Assembly (NCBI GenBank): GCA_963716395.1
Contig: OY970309.1
Span: 2,080,001-2,144,000, forward strand
Direction: 5' to 3'
DNA length: 64,000 nucleotides
Source of the DNA: an uncultured Fibrobacteria bacterium
Lineage (GTDB): Bacteria > Fibrobacterota > Fibrobacteria > UBA11236
The notes under the pieces: model-generated
The model's input: the letters and a program-made list of their open reading frames with translations, nothing else
Told to the model about the DNA's origin: nothing
Databases searched by the model: none
Translations under genes and position numbers: made by a program
Part shown: positions 58,844 to 64,000 of the stretch, one piece after another
Layout: every line of letters starts with the position of its first letter
Numbering within the stretch: the stretch's first letter is position 1

Positions 58844-60131
58844 GGTCGTCCCCGCCGGGGTTGTCGCCGAGTCCGAACAGGGCGGCGGCATAGTAACTCG
58901 CGCGTTGTGCATCGCCCTGCGCGCCCAGAGCTTTCAGCCCCACGCTGGGAGGGTGGAGCATTTTGTTGACCAGGCCGTGGCCCAGGGCTTCGAACTGCCG
59001 GCGCAGCTCCGGGGGCTGGCCTGCGGCCCATTTTTCGATTTCTTTCTCGGCCAGGGCGCAGAACTTCGCGCGCAACGAGCGGAGCACGGGCACGACTTCG
59101 AGCCCTTGCGACCAGGATTCGATGTGGGCCGCTTCTTCGGCCACGATGGCTTCGGCCTGCTGCGCGGCCTGCCGGCGCAGGTCGGCGTTTTCGGAGATCA
59201 CGCTTTTCAAATCGTCGATGGTGAATAAAAAGGTGTTGTCGATTTCGCCCACCGCCGGATCGATGTCGCGCGGCGCCGCGATGTCGATGAGAAACAGGGG
59301 CCGGCCCTGCCGATGGCGGGACGCCGTCAGCGCATGATCGCGCGTGATCACGAGGTCGGGCGATCCCGTGGCCGCCACCACGATGTCGCAATGCGCCAAG
59401 TGCGTGGCCAATTCCTCCAATAGCCGCACTTCGCCGCCGAGAAAGGCGGCCAGGCGTTCGGCCGACCCGCGCGAGCGATTGAAGAACAAAAATTTTCGCA
59501 CGCCGGCCTTGTGCAGATGGTGCGCGGCCAGTTCGCCCATTTCGCCGGTTCCCACCACGGCCGCGGTTTTGCCGGGCAAATTGCCGAGCACCTTGCGCGC
59601 CAACTCCACCGCGGCATAGCTGATGCTCACCGCGCCCTCGTGGATGGCGGTTTCGGCATGAATGCGCTTGCCCGCGTGCAACCCGGCCTGAAACACGTGG
59701 TTCAGGTAAAAGCCGACCCAACGGTTTTGCTGCGCGAGGTGGTAGGCTTCTTTCACCTGGCCGAAGATCTGCACTTCGCCCAATACCAAGCTGTCGAGCG
59801 AGCCCATGACCCGGAACAAATGGCGCACGGCCTCGTCGCGGGTGAAGAAGTATCCGTGGCTGCGGATTTCACCGGCCTCGACTCCGCGCAGGGCGCTCCA
59901 GCGGGTTTCCAAGGCAGCGCGCGCCACGGCCGGCTCCGGCGTCAGGCCGTAAAGTTCGGAGCGGTTGCAGGTGGAAAGCAGCACCAGTTCCGCAACTTCG
60001 CCCGTGTCCAAGGCCGATGCGGCAAAGGTTTTGACTTCGTCTTTGCCCAGTTGCAGGCGATCGCGCAACTCCACCGACGCGGTCAAATGGTTGATTCCCA
60101 ATACGAAGAGGTGTGCATGCGCATCGGCCAT
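58836..60131 (-). CDS. hemA: Glutamyl-tRNA reductase
   Basis: GINHLTA, LSTCNRSE, SLDSLVLGEVQIFGQVK, GTGEMG and DIAAPRDID. Confidence 0.97.
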   Translation of the reverse strand: MADAHAHLFVLGINHLTASVELRDRLQLGKDEVKTFAASALDTGEVAELVLLSTCNRSELYGLTPEPAVARAALETRWSALRGVEAGEIRSHGYFFTRDEAVRHLFRVMGSLDSLVLGEVQIFGQVKEAYHLAQQNRWVGFYLNHVFQAGLHAGKRIHAETAIHEGAVSISYAAVELARKVLGNLPGKTAAVVGTGEMGELAAHHLHKAGVRKFLFFNRSRGSAERLAAFLGGEVRLLEELATHLAHCDIVVAATGSPDLVITRDHALTASRHRQGRPLFLIDIAAPRDIDPAVGEIDNTFLFTIDDLKSVISENADLRRQAAQQAEAIVAEEAAHIESWSQGLEVVPVLRSLRAKFCALAEKEIEKWAAGQPPELRRQFEALGHGLVNKMLHPPSVGLKALGAQGDAQRASYYAAALFGLGDNPGGDDHG

Positions 60132-60138
60132 GGCGCGC

Positions 60139-60945
60139 CTAGAGATGAAAGCCGTGCAGCCCGATTAGGTTTTCGAGCAGGAGCAGCCCGAATCCGGCCA
60201 GCACCCAGCGCGCATGTCGCAGTCCGCGCCATCCCAGAAACCGCCGGGCCGCGCTGATGCCCAAAAATACCGCCAGCACCGCGAAGATGCCGATTTCAGG
60301 AGGCGACATACCGCGCAGTTCATCGCGACGCACCCACCAGGCGCCGATGGCGCTGCTCACCAGCATGAGCAAGGTGCCGAGAAACACCCAATTGGCGGTG
60401 AGCTTGTCCAGCTTTTCCAGCGGCGGGAGTTTGCGGAAGGTAAGGTCAAAGGTTTTCTGCTTGAGTTTGCGGTGCAGAATGACATACAGCACGGCCAGCA
60501 CCGCCGCGAGGCTGAAACTGGCGTAGGAGGCGAGGCTGGCGACGATGTGGAAGATGAAATAGGGGCTGTGGTACTCGGAATCCAGGATCAGCGGCGCGTT
60601 CAGAAAGAACAGCGAAGCCGTGGCGCACAGCGCCGCCGGACCGATGGTGAAAAAGCCGAGCCGGCGCGTATCGGCCGACCATTCCGAAAGAAAGTGGATG
60701 GCCCCCAGCATCCAGGCCAGAAACAGCAGGGCCTCGCCCTGCGTCCACAGCGGGCAACGATGAAATTCGGCGCCCAAGACCACCAGCAACCCGAAATGCA
60801 GGAGCAGGGCCACGGCCAAAGCGGTTTGGGCGCGGCGATTCCAGCGCGCTTCATCGGCGCTGAAAAACAGGCGGCCGTAATACGCGAGGCAGACGCCGTA
60901 GGCCAGGGGAACGAGAATTTTCAGAATCAGGGCGAGCACGGGCAT
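60139..60945 (-). CDS. CcsA/HemX-type cytochrome c assembly membrane protein
   Basis: TM helices, FHIVASLASY and KLPPLEKLD; first gene of the hem operon. Confidence 0.85.
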   Translation of the reverse strand: MPVLALILKILVPLAYGVCLAYYGRLFFSADEARWNRRAQTALAVALLLHFGLLVVLGAEFHRCPLWTQGEALLFLAWMLGAIHFLSEWSADTRRLGFFTIGPAALCATASLFFLNAPLILDSEYHSPYFIFHIVASLASYASFSLAAVLAVLYVILHRKLKQKTFDLTFRKLPPLEKLDKLTANWVFLGTLLMLVSSAIGAWWVRRDELRGMSPPEIGIFAVLAVFLGISAARRFLGWRGLRHARWVLAGFGLLLLENLIGLHGFHL

Positions 60946-61000
60946 GGGGAAGACCAAAAGATAGAAGCGCCGGAACCGGGACGGACCAAGGCTGGGTGCG

Positions 61001-61306
61001 TCAAAGCCCGGGAATTCCCAATCCCTTGGTCATGCCGCCCAATTTGGATTGCGAGTCGGCATCGGCCTTGGCGCGCGCCTCGTTGAAGGCTGCCAGCAGC
61101 AAATCTTCCAGCGCCTCGATGTCGTCGGGATCCACGGCCTCTTTCTTGAGGCGCACCGCCTGCACTTCGTATTTGCCGTTCAAGGTGATTTTGACCAGGC
61201 CGCCGCCGGCTTCGGCTTCGTAGGTCATCCCCTGCAATTCGTCCTGCATCTTGGCCATGCGCCCCTGCACCTTTTGCAATTCTTTCATCATCTTCTGCAT
61301 GTTCAT
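61001..61306 (-). CDS. ybaB: YbaB/EbfC nucleoid-associated protein
   Basis: MQKMMK, AGGGLVKIT.NG and VDPDDIEALEDLLLAAFNEA; GGAGG RBS; follows dnaX. Confidence 0.95.
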   Translation of the reverse strand: MNMQKMMKELQKVQGRMAKMQDELQGMTYEAEAGGGLVKITLNGKYEVQAVRLKKEAVDPDDIEALEDLLLAAFNEARAKADADSQSKLGGMTKGLGIPGL

Positions 61307-61328
61307 GGAAATTCCTCCGGAAGCAAAT

Positions 61329-63148
61329 TTAAAAGAGCCCGAGCACCCGGCCCTCGAAAAGTTCGATCAAGGTTTGCAAAATGGGTTCCCGGCGCAGCAG
61401 GGATTCGAGCCCGTCGGGCGCAGTCGCCGCTGCGTCGTGGGTCGCGGCTTCGGGATCGACGTCGAACGACAGGGTAAACGCCGCCGCGGCTCCCACTTCG
61501 CCGGCCAGAAAAACCTGGAGCGCGCGCTTGTTTTCCCCGTCGGCCAGAAACAAATCGCGTTGCGGCGCGTCGGCAAAGTCGATGGCGAGATCCGGCGGAT
61601 CGCCGGCGCGCAGGCGCAGGCGGCTGTGGTACAGCGGGCTGGCGGTCAACGGCTTGTCCGCGGCATACCGCTGCACCAGGGCGGGCCAAAGTCCGGGCAA
61701 GGCGTCCCAGGTCGGCGGCGCGGGGGGTGGGAAGGCGGTTTGATCCGCGGGCGGGGGAAATTCCGGGGCCGGCACATCCGCCGCCTCGGCCGAGGTCTCC
61801 AAAGACAATGGATCCGCTCCGTCGGGATTTAGAGCGTCCGGTTCGGCGTCTTCCCAAGGTTCGGAGACGGAGGAATCCAAAGGCCGGGCCGGCGGCTCCG
61901 GGGCGGAAGCATGCGCAGCCGTCGGCACGGCGGCCGTCGCTGCCGTCTCAGACGGTGTCAGGGCGCTTTTTTTTTTACCGGCTCGGCCGCGGAAGTTGAG
62001 GCGGGAACGGCCGAGGGCGCGGCCTCCTGTCCCAGCACTTGCGACAGGGTCACCACCCGATCCAAGGCTGCCAGACGCGCCAAGCCCAGTTCGACCCATA
62101 GGCGCGGATGTGGGGCGGTTTTGAGCCCCGCCAGCAAATCGGAGATGATTTTGGCGTAACGCAGCAAATCGCCGTCCTGCAGATCGGGCACTAGGCCGCG
62201 CAATTCCCGGAAGCGGGGCTCGCCCAGGCCCAGCATGGCGGGCGTAACTCCCTGGTAACGGCAGAACAAGAGATCGCGCAGGTATTCGCCGAAACCCAGT
62301 AGGAACTCCGTGATTTCCAAACCCTGCTGGTATACCTCTTCCAGGGCCGCGAAGGCCCCGCCCGCGTCCTGCGCGGCCAGGCTGTGCAAGAGTTGGTCGT
62401 ACAGGCGATCTTCGGGAATGCCCAGCACCTGGCGCGCGGCATCCAAGGAGAGCGCTTCGCCCGCGAACGCGTACACCCGGTCGAACAGGCTCAGGGCGTC
62501 GCGCATGCTGCCGTCGGCCTTGCGTGCGATGGCTTCGAGCGCTTCGCGTTCGGGATGCACGCCTTCGTGCCCGCAGATGAATTCGAGCCGCTCGCGGATG
62601 GCCGTTTCGGAAATGCGCTTGAAGTCGAAACGCTGCACCCGCGACAAAATGGTGTGCGGCACCTTGCCCGCTTCGGTGGTGGCGAAGACGAAGACCACAT
62701 GGGGCGGCGGTTCTTCCAGGGTTTTGAGCAGGGCGTTGAAGGCCGCCTTGGTCAGCATGTGCACTTCGTCGATGATGTACACCTTGTAGGCGCCCTGCAT
62801 GGGCGCGTACTTCACCTGTTCGCGCAATTCGCGCACATTGTCGACTCCGTTGTTCGAGGCCCCGTCGATTTCCAGCACATCCATGGACGCGCCCTGGTTG
62901 ACGGCCACGCAGTTTTCGCAGACTTCGCACGGCCGGGGCGTGGGGCCCTGCTTGCAGTTCAGCGCCTTGGCCAGAATGCGAGCCGCCGTGGTTTTGCCCA
63001 CGCCGCGCGTGCCCGTGAACAGATAGGCGTGGGCGATGCGTCCGCTTTCGAGGGCGTTGGCGATGGTTTTGGCCACATGTTCCTGCCCCACCATCTCGTC
63101 GAAATTTTTGGGCCGCCATTTGCGGGCCATCACCAGATACGACATCAC
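61329..63148 (-). CDS. dnaX: DNA polymerase III gamma/tau. Frame 0 (63148-61958) gives a 396-aa gamma-like product; the tau tail is in the -1 frame after an A10 run.
   Basis: ARKWRP, GTRGVGKTT, EIDGASNNGVD, IIDEVHML and GSMRDALS. The ORF ends GTA AAA AAA AAA GCG CCC TGA; the -1 frame continues with a Pro/Ala linker and W.ALV...EPILQTLIELFEG. Confidence 0.92.
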
Positions 63149-64000
63149 TCGGCCTTGCGGTCGTGGCCGTCGAGGTAAACCGCCATGGTCACCTCGTTGC
63201 CCGGTTCGTTGTAATGGATTTCGTGAAAGGAGTGGCGGGCCATCAGCAGCCCCCGGCCGTGGCGGTTGAGCAGGTTGGATTCGTCCTTGGGGTCGGGCAG
63301 GGCGTGCCAGTCAAAGCCCTGGCCCTGATCGGCCACGAAGTATTCGATGCGGCGCAGATGCGGCAGCACGCGCCGGCGCACGGTGACTACCCGGCTCTTG
63401 TAGGGCTCGCGCTGCGACCGGTCGAGTGCCAGCGAGAAAAAGCTCGAGGCCTTGAGGGCGCGCGATTTTTCCTCGAAGGTGAAACCGAGATTGCCGTGCT
63501 CGATGGCGTTGGTGAGAATTTCGGAAAGACCCAGGATGAGATGGTAGCGGTTTTTCTCATTGGGCGGCACCAGGTCTTCGACCAGGGATTTGGCCACGGG
63601 CATGACCAGGGAAAAATCATTGGGAATAATCAGCAGGCGCTCCTCGTAATGCAGCGAGAACGGGTGATAGGTGTGGGTTTGGCCCGCCAGCAGCTTGACC
63701 AAGTGGTAGGCGAAATCCTCGGCCAGGCGGTTCGGATCGAGGCAGGCATACAGCCCCGCCTGCAATAGCTCGCCGATCTCTTCGGGCGTTTCGGAGCGGC
63801 GGATGCCGAGCAGGGAGATGTCGGGAAAGCGCTGCTTCAATTGGCGGATGTATTCGAGCTTGTGCGTCGACAGCGATCGCAGCGAGAACACGAAGGCCAG
63901 CGGCATGGACTGCACCAAGAGGCGCAGCGCATCGCCCCAATCATACGCCGACTGCATGGACAGGTCGTGATCGAGAATCACGTTCAGCAAAATTTCCTGC
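63145..64000 (-). CDS. Receiver-like plus HATPase_c (RsbW-like) protein, 5' end probably outside the window
   Basis: LSEILTNAIEHGN, DQGQGFDW, HGRGLL and YNEPGNEV; the stop overlaps the dnaX start. Confidence 0.8.
   Translation of the reverse strand, partial: QEILLNVILDHDLSMQSAYDWGDALRLLVQSMPLAFVFSLRSLSTHKLEYIRQLKQRFPDISLLGIRRSETPEEIGELLQAGLYACLDPNRLAEDFAYHLVKLLAGQTHTYHPFSLHYEERLLIIPNDFSLVMPVAKSLVEDLVPPNEKNRYHLILGLSEILTNAIEHGNLGFTFEEKSRALKASSFFSLALDRSQREPYKSRVVTVRRRVLPHLRRIEYFVADQGQGFDWHALPDPKDESNLLNRHGRGLLMARHSFHEIHYNEPGNEVTMAVYLDGHDRKAE

Noticed and set aside
61977-63119. N-terminal part of the 596-aa ORF 61329-63119 as an independent gene
   Set aside because: Arg-rich alternative-frame translation overlapping dnaX; only the part after the A10 run looks protein-like.
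1-64000. CRISPR arrays, tRNA/rRNA, transposases, integrases, prophage or defence systems
   Set aside because: No repeat-spacer periodicity, RNA gene signature or diagnostic protein motif was recognised by eye.

Overview
GC-rich bacterial chromosomal segment, probably from a flagellated, heme-making member of the Fibrobacterota/FCB group. This is an inference from T9SS-like C-terminal tails on secreted proteins, a short RpoD-type sigma factor and TAnnTTTG promoter-like boxes. Bases 1-8.2 kb hold a cluster of secreted polysaccharide-active genes: a beta-helix GH141-like protein, a CE6-type esterase, a GH30_8 xylanase and an unclassified CBM+GH-like protein. The rest is mostly housekeeping: guaB, an nfeD-nfeD-floA-yqfB-like operon (floA broken by several indels), dimeric dUTPase, priA, fapA with a degenerate HD-GYP gene, cytochrome c, GT2 plus YfhO-like GT-C, cfa, a 1638-aa surface protein, MFS, uppP, KirBac, MshEN-PilB/GspE, thiL, fliD-fliS-fliT, rsmA, mrp plus DUF971, a sigma factor, sod, fabV, dnaN, ccsA-hemACDL, ybaB and dnaX. 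No rRNA, tRNA, CRISPR array or transposase was recognised. The most notable points are: dnaX split at an A10 run, so full-length tau needs recoding or the run is an assembly error; a possibly uncharacterised GH in the hemicellulose cluster; a shared upstream element in that cluster; recurring TAnnTTTG-like boxes just before start codons; and two mini-ORFs that bridge adjacent genes by (A/G)TGA overlaps at both ends. All assignments come from motif recognition by eye; no database search was run.
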